From: Terriglobia bacterium
Lineage (GTDB): Bacteria > Acidobacteriota > Terriglobia > Acidiferrales > UBA7541
Length of the DNA: 64,000 bases
Direction of reading: 5' to 3'
NCBI GenBank assembly: GCA_963695545.1
Contig: OY968796.1
Span: forward strand, 3,904,001 to 3,968,000
Both the position numbers and the translations under genes were made by a program. The stretch's first letter is position 1; every line of letters starts with the position of its first letter. Positions 40,104 through 51,892 of the stretch are shown here, in pieces. The notes beneath the pieces were generated by a model. It saw only the letters and a list, made by a program, of their open reading frames with translations, did no database searches and was not told where the DNA came from.

Positions 40104-40928
40104 CTACGTTCCGGGCGCTGCTGGCGGCTTCTCCACGCCGTTGGCTTCTGCTTTATCCACGATGGCCTGAACGCCGGGATCGGCGAGGACTTTGGCAAAC
40201 GAAGGATCGGTCTTGACCGCGGGCACGTTTTTGTAGCCTTCGTCGAAAGCCTTGCGGAGATATTGGGCGCAGTCGGCCGGGTCGTTGCGTTCGGCGTAGG
40301 ACTTCGCGAGCAAGAAGTAGAAAGTGCCGTGATCGGAAACCGAGCGATCCTGAAGCAATGTTCCGGCATAACTGCCGAGCGCGAAGACGTCGGGATCGAT
40401 CGAGAGCGCCTTGTTGAAGGCGGCTACGGCCTCGGGATATTTCTTTTCGTTGAAGTAGGCGCAGCCCAAATTGCTATAGGCACTAGCCAAATTCGGATTC
40501 TCCGCAATGGACTTGCGGTATTCGCGGATGGCCCTGCCGTACCTCTGCTCTTGATACCAAGTTGTGCCGATGTTGTTGTAGGCCTCTGCGAATTTGGAGT
40601 TGAGCTTGGTGGCGTGTTTGTAGGCGTCGCGCGCCGAATCGATCTGTCCGAGCTGTTGCAAGGCAACCCCGAGCATGTTCCATGCCGCATAATTATCGGG
40701 GTACGTGCGGGTCAGCGTGGTGAAGATGTGGGCGGCTTGCTCATAGTCCTTGGTGGCCATGAGGTCCTGGGCGTCAGCCATTTGGATCTGCCAAGCATCG
40801 ACCGTGCGCGGGATTTGCGGTGCGGCCTGCGGCGCTGCTGGAGAAGTCGGAACAGAAGAATGGTCGTGCGCGAGCACAGTTCCGGCGAAAAGGAATAATC
40901 CAACCGCCGCCAGTGCGAGATACTTCAT
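40104..40928 (-). CDS. Exported TPR protein
   Basis: Signal peptide; AEAYNNIG and ASAYSNLG repeats. Confidence 0.85.
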   Translation of the reverse strand: MKYLALAAVGLFLFAGTVLAHDHSSVPTSPAAPQAAPQIPRTVDAWQIQMADAQDLMATKDYEQAAHIFTTLTRTYPDNYAAWNMLGVALQQLGQIDSARDAYKHATKLNSKFAEAYNNIGTTWYQEQRYGRAIREYRKSIAENPNLASAYSNLGCAYFNEKKYPEAVAAFNKALSIDPDVFALGSYAGTLLQDRSVSDHGTFYFLLAKSYAERNDPADCAQYLRKAFDEGYKNVPAVKTDPSFAKVLADPGVQAIVDKAEANGVEKPPAAPGT

Positions 40929-40951
40929 GGCGAATCTCTCCAGCCGGCGCG

Positions 40952-43519
40952 TCAATGCGGTGGCGGATTCGCCGCCGGCTGAGACTGGTCGGAACCCTGC
41001 TTATTGGGAGCCTGATCCGACCCTTTGTCTGGCCCGAAGATACCAAAAATCCGCTGCAAGAGGCCTTTTTTCTTTGTGGCGTCCGTAGCCGGTTGGTCAC
41101 CCTGGCCTGGCGCGGTTCCAGGAGGCTGTCCCGGAGCGGAGGAAGAGGCCGCGCCGGGCGGCTTTGGCTGATCGGAACCGCCAAAGGCGCGCGAGAGCCA
41201 CGAGTCTGAAGGCGCGGCAGCCATCGAGCGATCGCAGAATTCGGTGGGCTCGGTCCCGGAGATGTAGACCTCCTGGCGTGTGTCCGGGCAAGCGGGAGTG
41301 GCGAGCTCGAGGGTGCTCGTGTCGATAGTGACGGTGGTGATGCCGTCGGGCGGATTGAACGCTTGCGTGTTCGAGTATGCGGGCAATGTTACCGCGCGCT
41401 TCATGAATTCGGCCCAGATCGGCGCGGCCGAATTCGTTCCCGAAAGCGTGAGGTCGCGATTATCGTCGAAGCCGACCCACACGATGCATTCAAGGTTCGA
41501 GGTGTAGCCGGCGAACCAGCCGTCGTGCGAGGTTCCGGTCTTGCCCGCGGCGGGCGCGGTGAAACCACGCGCGCGAACGGTGTAGCCAGTGCCATGATCG
41601 ATAACGTCTTCGAGCACGCTGGTCACCAGAAACGCGACGCGCGGATCCAGTACCTGGCGATTGCGCGGCTGATTGTTTTCGAGCACTTCGCTGGACGACG
41701 AACGCACGCTGCGGATGAACATGGGCTCGGCGCGCACTCCATGATTGGCGAAAGTGGTGTAGCCGGCGGCGACTTCGAGCGGCGTCATCTCATAGGAGCC
41801 GAGAGCCATGGCCGGCGTCGGCTCGATGGTCTGCGGAAGACCAAGCTGGCGCGCGAACTGGGCCACGCGACCGTAGCCCACCATTTCCGCCACTTTCACG
41901 GTGGCCACGTTCAGCGAAAATGTGAGGGCCTCGCGCAGCGTTACCGTGCCGTGAAATTCCTCGCCGTAATTGTTGGGCGTGTACTCCTTGCCGTCGAAAT
42001 CAAAGGTAGTCGGCGAATCGTCGACGGTCGTCGCGGTGGTCAGCACCGGTTCCATGCCTTCGACGGCGTTGTCGAACGCGGCGGCGTAGACGAACGGCTT
42101 AAAGGCAGAGCCCGGCTGGCGCATGGCCAGCGCGTGATTGAGCTGGCTTTCGCCGTAGTCGCGGCCGCCCACCAGCGCCTTGATTTCTCCGGTGCGCGGA
42201 TCGATCACAACCATGGCGACTTGAGGCCGCGCGTCGTCGCCTTGTTTGTGCCACTTCGCGTAGCGGCGCGCGAGCTGATCATCCACATTTTTCATTCCGA
42301 TCTCGACGGCCTCGGAAGCGAAGCGCTGCAGATCCGGATCGATGGTGGTGTAGACGCGAAAATCCTGCGAGAGCAAATCGGATTCAGAGAATTTATCGAG
42401 GAGATGGTCCTTCACCATGTCCACGAAGTACGGCGCGGCGCTGCCTTCGAGCGCTCCGCCCACGATATGTAACGGAGTCTTGCGCGCGGCCTCCGCGTCC
42501 GCGGGAGTGGCCACGCCGTTTTCCACCATTTGCGTGAGCACGCGATCGCGCGCGTCGTCGGCGCGGTCCGGGCGCAGATCTACGGAGGAGTAGCGATTGG
42601 GCGCGCGGATGATCGCGGCCAGAAACGCTGCCTGGCCGAGCGTCAGATTTTGCATATCCTTGTTGAAATATGCGTAGGAACCTTCGGCGAAACCATGGAT
42701 AGCGAAGCTGCCGCGATTGCCAAGGTAAATTTCGTTGGCATAGAGCTCGAAGATCTCCTGCTTCGAGAAACGATGTTCGAGTTCGAGCGCGACCATGGTT
42801 TCAGCCACTTTGCGGCGCCAGGTTCGCTGCGTCGAAAAGAAAAAACTGCGCGACACTTGCATGTCGATGGTGCTGGCGCCTTGCGCGCGCGCGTCGTGGC
42901 GCAAATCGGCCCAGGCCGCGCCGAAGATGCGCACCGGGTCGAAACCGGGATGCTCGAAGAAGCGTTTGTCTTCGGCGGAAAGCACGGCATCGAGCAGCAC
43001 CTTGGGAATGTCCGCGAAATGCACGACGCGGCGCTTTTCGCGCGTGCTGTCGAAGAGATTGGTTAGCAGCTCGGGTTCGATTTCCGCGCTCGCGACGTCT
43101 TGCCCCGACGCCATTTGCTGGATGTGCGCGATTTTTCCATCCAAGAACGTGACGCGCAGCGCGTTGCCGCCCTCGAAATAGGATCCCTCCGAGGGATGTA
43201 TTTCCAGGACCTCGCCCTCGATGGCGTACCAGCCCGGGGCGCCTTCGGAATCGAGGTGCGTGTAGCCCGAGCGCTCAAGGCGAGCGATCATTTCGCTCTC
43301 CGTCATCGCTTCGCCTTCGGCGATGGGCTCCGGCGCGGCGTAGATCCGGGCGCTCGACTGGTAGACCTGGCCCGAAAGCCGGGCGTCAATCATGTGGCCG
43401 AAGTGAACCCAGTAATAAGTGAAGACACCAAGGCCGGTTAGAAATACAGCGGTGACGAGGCCAAGAATCGAAAGGCCCCAAATGGACGTCCAGAAACCTC
43501 TACTCACCCTGATCTTCAC
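40952..43519 (-). CDS. Class A penicillin-binding protein (PBP1A/1B family)
   Basis: Transglycosylase EDKRFFEH and GASTI; transpeptidase SAFK, SLN and KTGT; start codon uncertain (ORF open to 43558). Confidence 0.93.
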   Translation of the reverse strand: MKIRVSRGFWTSIWGLSILGLVTAVFLTGLGVFTYYWVHFGHMIDARLSGQVYQSSARIYAAPEPIAEGEAMTESEMIARLERSGYTHLDSEGAPGWYAIEGEVLEIHPSEGSYFEGGNALRVTFLDGKIAHIQQMASGQDVASAEIEPELLTNLFDSTREKRRVVHFADIPKVLLDAVLSAEDKRFFEHPGFDPVRIFGAAWADLRHDARAQGASTIDMQVSRSFFFSTQRTWRRKVAETMVALELEHRFSKQEIFELYANEIYLGNRGSFAIHGFAEGSYAYFNKDMQNLTLGQAAFLAAIIRAPNRYSSVDLRPDRADDARDRVLTQMVENGVATPADAEAARKTPLHIVGGALEGSAAPYFVDMVKDHLLDKFSESDLLSQDFRVYTTIDPDLQRFASEAVEIGMKNVDDQLARRYAKWHKQGDDARPQVAMVVIDPRTGEIKALVGGRDYGESQLNHALAMRQPGSAFKPFVYAAAFDNAVEGMEPVLTTATTVDDSPTTFDFDGKEYTPNNYGEEFHGTVTLREALTFSLNVATVKVAEMVGYGRVAQFARQLGLPQTIEPTPAMALGSYEMTPLEVAAGYTTFANHGVRAEPMFIRSVRSSSSEVLENNQPRNRQVLDPRVAFLVTSVLEDVIDHGTGYTVRARGFTAPAAGKTGTSHDGWFAGYTSNLECIVWVGFDDNRDLTLSGTNSAAPIWAEFMKRAVTLPAYSNTQAFNPPDGITTVTIDTSTLELATPACPDTRQEVYISGTEPTEFCDRSMAAAPSDSWLSRAFGGSDQPKPPGAASSSAPGQPPGTAPGQGDQPATDATKKKGLLQRIFGIFGPDKGSDQAPNKQGSDQSQPAANPPPH

Positions 43520-43726
43520 AGCAACTGTTCCCCACTCCGCCGCACAAACTGAATACACTTACTAAGATGCGCATTCTCCGCAACTAGAGTTTACACGGTG
43601 GCGGGTTGCCCCCTCACGCAAAATCGATGCTAAGGCACGCGGGGGTACCGGAGGACGCAGAGCGCTTCGCGCCGTCCGGCAGCGCCGACGGCATTACTTT
43701 AGACGGGCACGGAAGGACTTCGTGTA

Positions 43727-44248
43727 TCAGATGAGGGTAACGCTGGTGGCGGAGGGATGGAAATTGAAGGTCCACTGGTAGACCATCAGGTTCACGGTCA
43801 CGGAATAAGTCACGTCTATCTGCACGCCGTATCCGTGTTGGGTCACGGTGATATCTGAAGCCGTCACCGGCAGGTCATGCGATTGCGCCGACTTCAAGAC
43901 CACCGCTTTGACATCATCGAGAGATTGCCGGTTATAAGGGGCGTAGCGGGCCTCGGTCTGGACGTCATCCTGAAACTGATACTCGGCGAATAGCACTGGG
44001 ACCACTTCGACCGACACGTAGATAAATGCGGCAAAGAGGGCTAGCCAAATAAGCGCTTTTATGCGGGCGCCGCCACGCTCTTTGCGACGAGCGCTCGACC
44101 CGATAGCGTCTCCGGCGATGGAAATTCGAGCAGGCACGGATTCGATGCTAGCATCGGCCCGATCGAGATGTCGATGGAGCTTTGACAGCGATGATTCGAG
44201 GAAGTTACCTGTACTTCGCGTGGGGGGAGGCAGTCGAGTGGTGTGCAA
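43727..44248 (-). CDS. DUF4845-like pilin-type membrane protein
   Basis: ERGG followed by a TM helix; ...IDVTYSV.V.L..YQWTFNFHP; true start probably downstream of 44248. Confidence 0.65.
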   Translation of the reverse strand: MHTTRLPPPTRSTGNFLESSLSKLHRHLDRADASIESVPARISIAGDAIGSSARRKERGGARIKALIWLALFAAFIYVSVEVVPVLFAEYQFQDDVQTEARYAPYNRQSLDDVKAVVLKSAQSHDLPVTASDITVTQHGYGVQIDVTYSVTVNLMVYQWTFNFHPSATSVTLI

Positions 44249-44304
44249 ATCATTGGAACGAATGCATTTAGGAGGCCGAAACGGTTACTTCTGAAGCGGT
44301 GGCC

Positions 44305-45744
44305 TCAGTAGGCTTTCCCAAATATTGCGCGCTCGGTGGCCGCCGCGCCGCAGAAAATGCACGCGCCGCTCCCGCCCGCCTGGTCGAACGGAATGCAACG
44401 CATGGTGGCCTTGGTCGATTCCTTAATTTTCTCCTCGCAGTTGGACGCGCCGCACCAGAAAACTCGCGCGAATCCCGTTTCCACCGCTTCCTTGAACTCC
44501 TCGAAATTGGAGGGCTCGCGCGTGTGCGCTTCGCGGAAAGCGAGCGCGCGATCGAATAGCGATTTCTGCACCGTTGCCAGGGCATCCTTCACGGCCTCGA
44601 CGACGCCGGCCTGCGGCACCGGCGACTTCCCTTCTCTGCCGGGCTTATCGCGACGCGCCAATACGACTGAATTATTGGATACATCTTTCGGTCCGATCTC
44701 GATGCGCAGTGGTACGCCGCGCATTTCCCAATCGTTGAATTTGAAACCGGGGCTTGCGCCTTCGCGCTCGTCGGTTTTGGTGCGAATGCCGGCGGCGAGG
44801 AACGCAGCGCGCACGCTGGCCGCTGCTTCGAGAGTTGCGGCGCGCTCGGCGTCGTTTTTCCAGATGGGCACGATCGCGGCCTGAATCGGCGCAAGTTTCG
44901 GCGGCAAGATCAAACCCTGGTCGTCGCCGTGCACCATGATGATGGCGCCGATGATGCGCGTCGAAAGGCCCCACGAGGTCGTCCAGCAATATTGCAGCGC
45001 GCCAGCGGGATCGAGATATCTGATCTCGAAGGCCTTCGCGAAATTTTGTCCCAGGTTGTGCGAAGTGCCGGATTGCAACGCCTTGCCATCGCCCATCATA
45101 GCTTCGATCGAATAGGTTTGATCGGCGCCGGCGAAGCGCTCGGCTTCGGACTTGCGTCCGGGAATCACGGGCAGCGCGGCATCGTTCACGGCGAAATCGG
45201 TGTAGATATCGAGCATTTGACGCGTCTCGAATTCGGCCTCGGCCAAAGTGGCGTGCGCGGTGTGGCCCTCCTGCCAGAAAAATTCGAGCGTGCGCAGGAA
45301 AAGTTTGGTGCGCAGTTCCCAGCGCACCACGCTATTCCACTGATTGATCAGCAGCGGCAAATCGCGATACGACTGAATCCACTTCGCGTAGGAATGGCCG
45401 ATGATGGTTTCCGATGTGGGCCGAATTACCAGCGGCTCTTCCAGTTCTTCGCCGCCGCCGTGCGTGACGACAGCAAGCTCGGGAGAAAATCCGGCCACGT
45501 GCGATTTTTCCTTGTCGATGAAACTGCGCGGAATCAGCAGCGGAAACGCCGCATTGACGTGGCCGGTGGCCTTGAATCGGCCATCGAGCGCCTGCTGAAT
45601 ATTTTCCCAGAGCGCCCAACCGTAAGGCCTCACGATCATGCAGCCGCGCACCGGCGCATAATCCGCCAATTCGGCTTTCAGGACGAGCTGGTTGTACCAT
45701 TCGTTGAAATCTTCAGCGCGCGTCGGCAACTTTTGTTCAGCCAT
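44305..45744 (-). CDS. proS: Proline--tRNA ligase (short archaeal/eukaryote-like type)
   Basis: VRGCM, RPTSET, FLRTLEFFWQEGHT, SWGLSTR, C-terminal Cys zinc domain; no INS editing domain. Confidence 0.97.
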   Translation of the reverse strand: MAEQKLPTRAEDFNEWYNQLVLKAELADYAPVRGCMIVRPYGWALWENIQQALDGRFKATGHVNAAFPLLIPRSFIDKEKSHVAGFSPELAVVTHGGGEELEEPLVIRPTSETIIGHSYAKWIQSYRDLPLLINQWNSVVRWELRTKLFLRTLEFFWQEGHTAHATLAEAEFETRQMLDIYTDFAVNDAALPVIPGRKSEAERFAGADQTYSIEAMMGDGKALQSGTSHNLGQNFAKAFEIRYLDPAGALQYCWTTSWGLSTRIIGAIIMVHGDDQGLILPPKLAPIQAAIVPIWKNDAERAATLEAAASVRAAFLAAGIRTKTDEREGASPGFKFNDWEMRGVPLRIEIGPKDVSNNSVVLARRDKPGREGKSPVPQAGVVEAVKDALATVQKSLFDRALAFREAHTREPSNFEEFKEAVETGFARVFWCGASNCEEKIKESTKATMRCIPFDQAGGSGACIFCGAAATERAIFGKAY

Positions 45745-45882
45745 GCGATTTAGGAAGCGCTCCTTCGCCGCGATGCAAACGAAGAAGCGTAGTCGAGCGT
45801 TCCGGTGCTGTCAACGAAGGGTCGGCGGATGCCGACCCGGAGCGTCTGGACTTCACCCCCACCGACGCGCTCACAAACGAGA

Positions 45883-47043
45883 TCACGTGCAGGGCGACGC
45901 GGTCAATTTCTTGTTCCGGCCGGCGAGAACATCCTCGTACACGCAGTGCACTTGCGCCGCGGAGCGTTCCCAAGAGAAGCGGCGCACCAGATCGTAACCT
46001 CGCTCGACGAGCGAGGCGCGCAATTCGTCATCAGTGAGGATTTGGCGGATGCCGCGCGCGATATCGAACACGTTTTCCGGATTCACCAGCAACGCCGCGG
46101 TGCCGAACACTTCCGGCAGCGACGACACATTTGACGTGAGCACGGGCGTACCGTGAGCCATGGCCTCGAGCGGCGGCAATCCGAAACCTTCGTACAGCGA
46201 CGGAAACAAGAACGCCGCGGCGCGCGCGTAAAAAACGCGGAGCACCGTCTGTGGAACGAATCCGAGGAATCGCACGTCTCCGCGCACACGCGAGCGCACC
46301 ACGGCGCGTCGCAAATCCGATTGCTCGGTCTGCGCGTCGCCGATCAGCAACAATTTCAATTGCGCATAGCGCGGATCGTCTGCGAGTTCACCCTTGGCGA
46401 CGGCGAAGGCCTCGATCAGGCGGGGTAGATTTTTCTGCGGCTTGATGTTGCCGGCGTAGAGGACGTACGGACCGGTGATGTCGTGGCGCGCAAGGATGGT
46501 ATCGGCATCGGCCGGCGCGGGCTCGCGCAGCAACAAATCGTCGACGGCGTTGTAGATCACTTCGATCTTGCGCTCGTCCACGCCGAAGGTGTTCGAGAGA
46601 TCGCGCTTCGAGGCCTGCGAGACGGCCAATACGCGATCTGCGCGAGCCAAGGCGCGGCGCGCGAAATAGAGTCGCCCGGCCTGTACCGGAGCAGACGCAC
46701 CCACGCTCGGCTGTATCACGTCGGTCAGGTCGTGCACGGTGATTACAAGTTTCGAGGGCACAATTGCCGGAGCGTAAAACCACGGCATGTGCAGCAGGTC
46801 AACGCGCAGCCGGCGCAGCAGCCATGGAAGAGCGGTGTGCGTACGCAGCGAACCGACCGGCGCATCGTACTCGACGAGCTCGAAGTTGTCCGGCAGACGG
46901 CCGCAGAGATCGAAGTGGCGGCACTGGCCGATCAATAAGTAGCGCGTGGTGCGGTCGGCGCGCGCGAGTTGGTAAATGATGTTGCGGGTGTATGTGCCGA
47001 GGCCGAAATCGCCGGCGCGGCGAATATCAATCGCGACGCGCAT
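45883..47043 (-). CDS. Glycosyltransferase family 4
   Basis: [25 protein letters not shown]. Confidence 0.92.
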   Translation of the reverse strand: MRVAIDIRRAGDFGLGTYTRNIIYQLARADRTTRYLLIGQCRHFDLCGRLPDNFELVEYDAPVGSLRTHTALPWLLRRLRVDLLHMPWFYAPAIVPSKLVITVHDLTDVIQPSVGASAPVQAGRLYFARRALARADRVLAVSQASKRDLSNTFGVDERKIEVIYNAVDDLLLREPAPADADTILARHDITGPYVLYAGNIKPQKNLPRLIEAFAVAKGELADDPRYAQLKLLLIGDAQTEQSDLRRAVVRSRVRGDVRFLGFVPQTVLRVFYARAAAFLFPSLYEGFGLPPLEAMAHGTPVLTSNVSSLPEVFGTAALLVNPENVFDIARGIRQILTDDELRASLVERGYDLVRRFSWERSAAQVHCVYEDVLAGRNKKLTASPCT

Positions 47044-48325
47044 CGCGCCACCGGCGCTCGTAGAGCGGGAAGCGGGCGGTGAAGTCGGCGACTTCGGCGC
47101 GCACACGGCGCTCGCGCTCGGCGTCGCCCAAATGCTCGAGAATTTCGGCGATCCATTGCGCGATCGGTTGCATTTCGGCTTCGCGCATGCCGCGGGTGGT
47201 GATCGCAGGCGTGCCCATGCGAATTCCGCCGGCGACCATCGGCGGCGTCGGATCGAACGGAATCGAATTCTTGTTCACGGTGATCGCGGCGCGATCAAGC
47301 GCGGGCTGCGCGTCCTTGCCCGTGATGCCGCGCGAATAGAGGTCGACGAGGAAAAGATGATTGTCCGTACCGCCGGAAACAATGCGGAATCCGCGATTCA
47401 CAAGCGCGTGCGCGAGCGCCTGCGCGTTGGTCACGATCTGCTGCTGATAGGGACGAAATTCGGGCTGCATGGCTTCCGCGAAACACACGGCCTTGGCCGC
47501 GATGATGTGCATGTGCGGGCCGCCCTGCGTGCCGGGGAACAAAATGCGATCCACGTCCTTGGCGTACTGCTCGCGGCACAGAATAAGGCCGGCGCGCGGA
47601 CCGCGCAGCGTTTTGTGCGTCGTCGAGGTGACGTAATCGGCGTGCGGCACGGGGCTCGGGTGGACGCCGGCGGCGACGAGGCCCGCGATGTGCGCCATGT
47701 CGACGAACAGCAGCGCGCCGACCGAACGCGCGATATCTCCCATGCGCGCGAAATCGATCACGCGCGAATAGGCGCTGGCGCCGACCACGATCATTTTCGG
47801 ATGATGCTCGGCGGCGAGCGCGGCGAGCTCGTCGTAATCGATCATTTCCGTGTCGCGACGCACGCCGTATGCGATGAACTTGTACATAATTCCGGAGAAA
47901 TTGAGCGGATGTCCGTGCGTCAGATGCCCGCCATGCGCGAGGTTCATGCCGAGGACGGTATCGCCCGGCTTGAGCGCCGCCATGTACACCGCGACGTTGG
48001 CCTGCGTGCCGGAGTGCGGCTGCACGTTCGCGTGTTCGGCGCCGAAAAGTTGCTTCGCGCGATCGATCGCCAGCTGCTCGATCTGATCGGCGAATTCACA
48101 GCCGCCGTAATAGCGCCGGCCCACCGAACCTTCCGCATACTTGTTGGTGAAAACGGAGCCCATGGCTTCGAGCACGGCTTCGGAAACGAAATTCTCGGAT
48201 GGAATCAACTCGAGGCCGGTGGCCTGGCGCTTGGCTTCCGCGCGCAGGATTTCGGCGACGACGGGATCCACTTCGGCGAGCGGCGCGTTCATGCGGTCGA
48301 TTGGGGAAGATGTTGTTGGGCTCAT
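47027..48325 (-). CDS. glyA: Serine hydroxymethyltransferase
   Basis: [29 protein letters not shown]. Confidence 0.98.
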   Translation of the reverse strand: MSPTTSSPIDRMNAPLAEVDPVVAEILRAEAKRQATGLELIPSENFVSEAVLEAMGSVFTNKYAEGSVGRRYYGGCEFADQIEQLAIDRAKQLFGAEHANVQPHSGTQANVAVYMAALKPGDTVLGMNLAHGGHLTHGHPLNFSGIMYKFIAYGVRRDTEMIDYDELAALAAEHHPKMIVVGASAYSRVIDFARMGDIARSVGALLFVDMAHIAGLVAAGVHPSPVPHADYVTSTTHKTLRGPRAGLILCREQYAKDVDRILFPGTQGGPHMHIIAAKAVCFAEAMQPEFRPYQQQIVTNAQALAHALVNRGFRIVSGGTDNHLFLVDLYSRGITGKDAQPALDRAAITVNKNSIPFDPTPPMVAGGIRMGTPAITTRGMREAEMQPIAQWIAEILEHLGDAERERRVRAEVADFTARFPLYERRWRDARRD

Positions 48326-48399
48326 GGCCTCACGCTCGCTTCCGAAGTCGTGGATTTCTTTCGCCGCGATATTCGCGCGGCGACGAACAGTTACGGCCG

Positions 48400-48882
48400 C
48401 TAGACTTTTGAGTGCGCGTCTCGCTCGCGGTCGAGGTCCGCGATCTTATCGATGCGCCGCTGGTGCCGTCCGACGCGAAAATCGGTCGCCAGGAAATCCT
48501 TCACGATCTCGATGGCCTGATCGTCGGTCACCACGCGCCCGCCAAGCGTTAGCACGTTGGCGTTGTTGTGCTGACGCGCGAGACGCGCCGTCATCGCGTC
48601 GTGAGCCAGCGCCGCGCGAACGCCTTCAACTTTGTTCGCCGCGATGGACATCCCGATGCCCGTGCCGCACGCGAGAAAACCGAAATCATCTTGCCCGGCG
48701 ACGACGCGATCGGCGACTTTTTTCGCGTAGTCCGGGTAATCCACCGATTCTTCCGACCACGTGCCCACGTCGTCCACAAGATATCCCGACGATTCCAGAT
48801 ATTTCTTGACGGCCTCTTTCACGTGGTAGCCGGCATGATCGGCGCCGACTGCGATGCGCGGCTTTTGCTCAAGATCGGTCAT
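48400..48882 (-). CDS. rpiB: Ribose 5-phosphate isomerase B
   Basis: GADHAG, CGTGIG, HNNAN, GRHQRR. Confidence 0.95.
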   Translation of the reverse strand: MTDLEQKPRIAVGADHAGYHVKEAVKKYLESSGYLVDDVGTWSEESVDYPDYAKKVADRVVAGQDDFGFLACGTGIGMSIAANKVEGVRAALAHDAMTARLARQHNNANVLTLGGRVVTDDQAIEIVKDFLATDFRVGRHQRRIDKIADLDRERDAHSKV

Positions 48883-48968
48883 GAAAATGAATCCGACGCG
48901 ATTCTAGCAGGATGCCGTGCCAACTTTAAAGCCGCTCGATCCGACTGCACCGCACGTGGCCGGCGCGC

Positions 48969-49376
48969 TCACATGGCGACGATCTCAAGCTCCGCGACGC
49001 GGCCCGCGCGGATTGAAAACGCGCGGACCGGCGCGGGCCGATCGGCGCGCGGCGAAACAATGAAATACGCGACGTCCGAATAGAACGCGAGCTCGATGTC
49101 GCGCGGCGAAGGAAAATTGTCGGTGGAAGGATGCGAATGATAGATGCCGGCGAAATCCAGGCGCTCGTGGCGCATGCGACGAAAGAGAGCGAAGAGCTCG
49201 CGGGGAGCGATCTCGTATGCGGTTGCGCTGGCGAGGGCGTTCTTCGCGGGAAGCAACGTCGTGATTACGCCGTTGCGCGCGGCCACCAGGCCGCAGCATT
49301 CCTGATCGGCGCGCTCGCGTGCGGCGGCGAGAAGTTCGTCTAGGACGCTTGCCAGGATGCGCACCGGTTCGCTCAC
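48969..49376 (-). CDS. JAB/MPN (M67) metallopeptidase
   Basis: ECCG and YHSHP....PS.RD JAMM motif. Confidence 0.9.
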   Translation of the reverse strand: MSEPVRILASVLDELLAAARERADQECCGLVAARNGVITTLLPAKNALASATAYEIAPRELFALFRRMRHERLDFAGIYHSHPSTDNFPSPRDIELAFYSDVAYFIVSPRADRPAPVRAFSIRAGRVAELEIVAM

Positions 49377-49429
49377 GCCGAGAGTTTACACCGCGGCGCA
49401 ATCGTCGGCGGCAGTGCCGCCGCGCGAGA

Positions 49430-50596
49430 TCAGGCTTTCTGCGGCGAGCGGCGCAGGAACGTCGGCACGTCAAGATCGTCGGTGGCGGCATCCTGCTGGT
49501 GAATGACTTCGGAAACGTTCTGGCGAACCTCGTCGACGACGTTCGATTGTTCGCGCGTGGCCCTCCAGGTTTTCGGGAGATACGAAGCGCGCTGCTGGTT
49601 CGGAGATTTGCGCGCGGCTTCGCGGAAGCCGGCGGCGATCACGGTGATCTTCACCGACTCTTTCATGGCGTCGTCCTGCACGGCGCCGAAAATGATGTTG
49701 GCGTTCTCGTGCGCGGCCTTCTGAATGATCGAGCTCGCCTCGTGCACTTCGTGCAGCGTGAGGCTCGACGAGCCGGTGACATTAATAAGGATGCCCTGCG
49801 CGCCCTGGATGGAATTGTCCTCGAGCAGCGGGCTATTGATGGCGCGATTGGCGGCGTCGATTGCGCGATTCGAGCCGGTTGCGACAGCCGTGCCCATCAC
49901 GGCGTAGCCCTGGCCCTGCATGATCGTTTTCACGTCGGCGAAATCGCGATTGATGATGCCGGGAATCGTGATGATGTCGCTGATGCCCTGCACGGCCTGA
50001 CGCAGGATGTCATCGGCGATGCGAAACGCTTCAAAGAAACTCGTGCCGCGCTCAACGGTTTCCATCAAGCGCTCGTTCGGAATCACGATGACGGTATCAA
50101 CGCAGCCGACAAGCTCCGCGAGCGCCTGCTCGGCTTGCAGCATGCGGCGCTTGCCCTCGAACGCGAAAGGCTTGGTGACGACCGCGACGGTGAGCGCGCC
50201 GAGCTCGCTCGCAAGCGACGCCACCACCGGCGCCGCGCCGCTGCCCGTGCCGCCGCCGAGACCGGCGGTGAGAAAAATCATGTCCGCGCCTTCGAGCGCT
50301 TCGATGATTTTTTCCGTGTCTTCGAGTGCCGCCTTGCGGCCGACCTCGGGATTGGCGCCCGCGCCGAGTCCCTTGGTGAGCTTCGCGCCGAGCTGCAATT
50401 TCACCGGCGCCTGAGAAAGCTTGAGCGCCTGCAAATCGGTATTGGCGCCGACAAATTCGACGCCTTCGACTTTGGCGCGAATCATGCGATTGACGGCGTT
50501 CGAGCCGCCACCGCCGACACCAATCACTTTGATCCGCGCGCCCTGCTGATGATCGTCGGTGAACGAAATCCGTATTCCCGCATCCTTCGCCGTCAT
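49430..50596 (-). CDS. ftsZ: Cell division protein FtsZ
   Basis: [28 protein letters not shown]. Confidence 0.98.
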   Translation of the reverse strand: MTAKDAGIRISFTDDHQQGARIKVIGVGGGGSNAVNRMIRAKVEGVEFVGANTDLQALKLSQAPVKLQLGAKLTKGLGAGANPEVGRKAALEDTEKIIEALEGADMIFLTAGLGGGTGSGAAPVVASLASELGALTVAVVTKPFAFEGKRRMLQAEQALAELVGCVDTVIVIPNERLMETVERGTSFFEAFRIADDILRQAVQGISDIITIPGIINRDFADVKTIMQGQGYAVMGTAVATGSNRAIDAANRAINSPLLEDNSIQGAQGILINVTGSSSLTLHEVHEASSIIQKAAHENANIIFGAVQDDAMKESVKITVIAAGFREAARKSPNQQRASYLPKTWRATREQSNVVDEVRQNVSEVIHQQDAATDDLDVPTFLRRSPQKA

Positions 50597-50632
50597 GTTG
50601 CCTCCCCTGATGTCTTGCCGATAGGTTGAGAA

Positions 50633-51847
50633 CTAGCCTCCGGCAAACATACTTTTGATTTTCGCCACCAGCGTCTGCGGTGGCGCGGGCATCTGACGAC
50701 GCGCGCGCGCCGCGTACAACAAAAGCCCGACGCCGGTGGCGTATTCCGGCTGGGAGAGTTCCTCGGGCATTCCATCGAGTCCGCGCGGCGCAGCAACGCG
50801 CACGGGCAAGCTGAAAACTCTTTCCGCAAGTTCGGGCAAGCCGCGCAGGCGCGCGCCGCCGCCGCACAACACCAATCCCGCGGGCAATTGGCGATCAAGT
50901 CCCGCGCGGCGCAAATTGTCGGAGACCAGCGCGAGCAACTCCTGCGCGCGAGGTCCAACAATTTCGTGCAGCATGCGCGAATAGATGGTGCGCGGCGGGC
51001 GGTCACCGACGCTGGCGATTTCAATCGCGTGATCTTCGCCTTCGAGCGGCCGCCAAACGCAGGCGTGCTCGCGTTTCACTTTTTCGGCTTCGGGAATCGG
51101 CGTGCGCAATCCGACCGCGAGATCGTTGGTAAAGTGATCGCCACCGACCGGGATCGCGTCGCTGTGGCGAACGACGCCGCCGGAGTACACGATGATCTCG
51201 GTTGTGCCGCCGCCGATTTCGAGCAGGCAGCAGCCCATCTCGCGCTCGTCTTGCGAGAGGCACGCTTCGGCCGCGGCCAGGGGCTCAAGGACGGTATCGG
51301 CGACTTCCACGCCGGCGTGATTCGCGGCGATCACCAGATTTTGCATCGCCGACGCCGAGCAGGTGACCAGGTGCACGTCCGCCTCCAGGCGTTGGCCTAC
51401 CATCCCGATGGGATCGCGGATGCTGTCCTGCGCGTCGAGCAAAAATTCCTGCGGCAGCACGTGCAGGACCACGCGATCTTCCGGCAGTGTGACGCCGCGC
51501 GCAGCTTCGACGGCGTGGCGCACGTCTTCGCGGTCGATATCGCGCGGTCGATTGCCGACGGTGATGCCGCCGCGGCTGGTGACGCCGTGAATGTGCGCGC
51601 CGGCCACGCCGACCACGGCGCGTTCCACCGGCACGCCGGCGACGCCTTCGGCCACTTCAAGCGCGTGCCGAATCGATCCGGCCACGGCTTCAAGGTTCAC
51701 GATCAATCCCTTGCGGACGCCTTTCGACTCCGCAGCGCCCATCGAAAGGAAGCGCAGTCCGCCGAGCTCATCCCATTCGCAAATGAGCGCGCAGGTCTTC
51801 GTGCTGCCGACGTCCAGCGCGACCAGATGCCGTTCTTTCTTCGCCAC
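50633..51847 (-). CDS. ftsA: Cell division protein FtsA
   Basis: LDVGSTK, IGGGTT, GGGA, PEYATGVGL. Confidence 0.97.
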   Translation of the reverse strand: MAKKERHLVALDVGSTKTCALICEWDELGGLRFLSMGAAESKGVRKGLIVNLEAVAGSIRHALEVAEGVAGVPVERAVVGVAGAHIHGVTSRGGITVGNRPRDIDREDVRHAVEAARGVTLPEDRVVLHVLPQEFLLDAQDSIRDPIGMVGQRLEADVHLVTCSASAMQNLVIAANHAGVEVADTVLEPLAAAEACLSQDEREMGCCLLEIGGGTTEIIVYSGGVVRHSDAIPVGGDHFTNDLAVGLRTPIPEAEKVKREHACVWRPLEGEDHAIEIASVGDRPPRTIYSRMLHEIVGPRAQELLALVSDNLRRAGLDRQLPAGLVLCGGGARLRGLPELAERVFSLPVRVAAPRGLDGMPEELSQPEYATGVGLLLYAARARRQMPAPPQTLVAKIKSMFAGG

Positions 51848-51892
51848 TCCGCCGCTCCCGGGACCTTTACTTCAACAGCTCCCCTGAAAACT

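Noticed and set aside
44305..45744. Archaeal/eukaryote-type ProRS as recent horizontal transfer
   Set aside because: This type is widespread in bacteria and its composition matches the flanks
45819..45838. GGGTCGGC-GGAT-GCCGACCC hairpin upstream of proS as a T-box or terminator
   Set aside because: No U-tract, no T-box motif, and the intergenic space is too short
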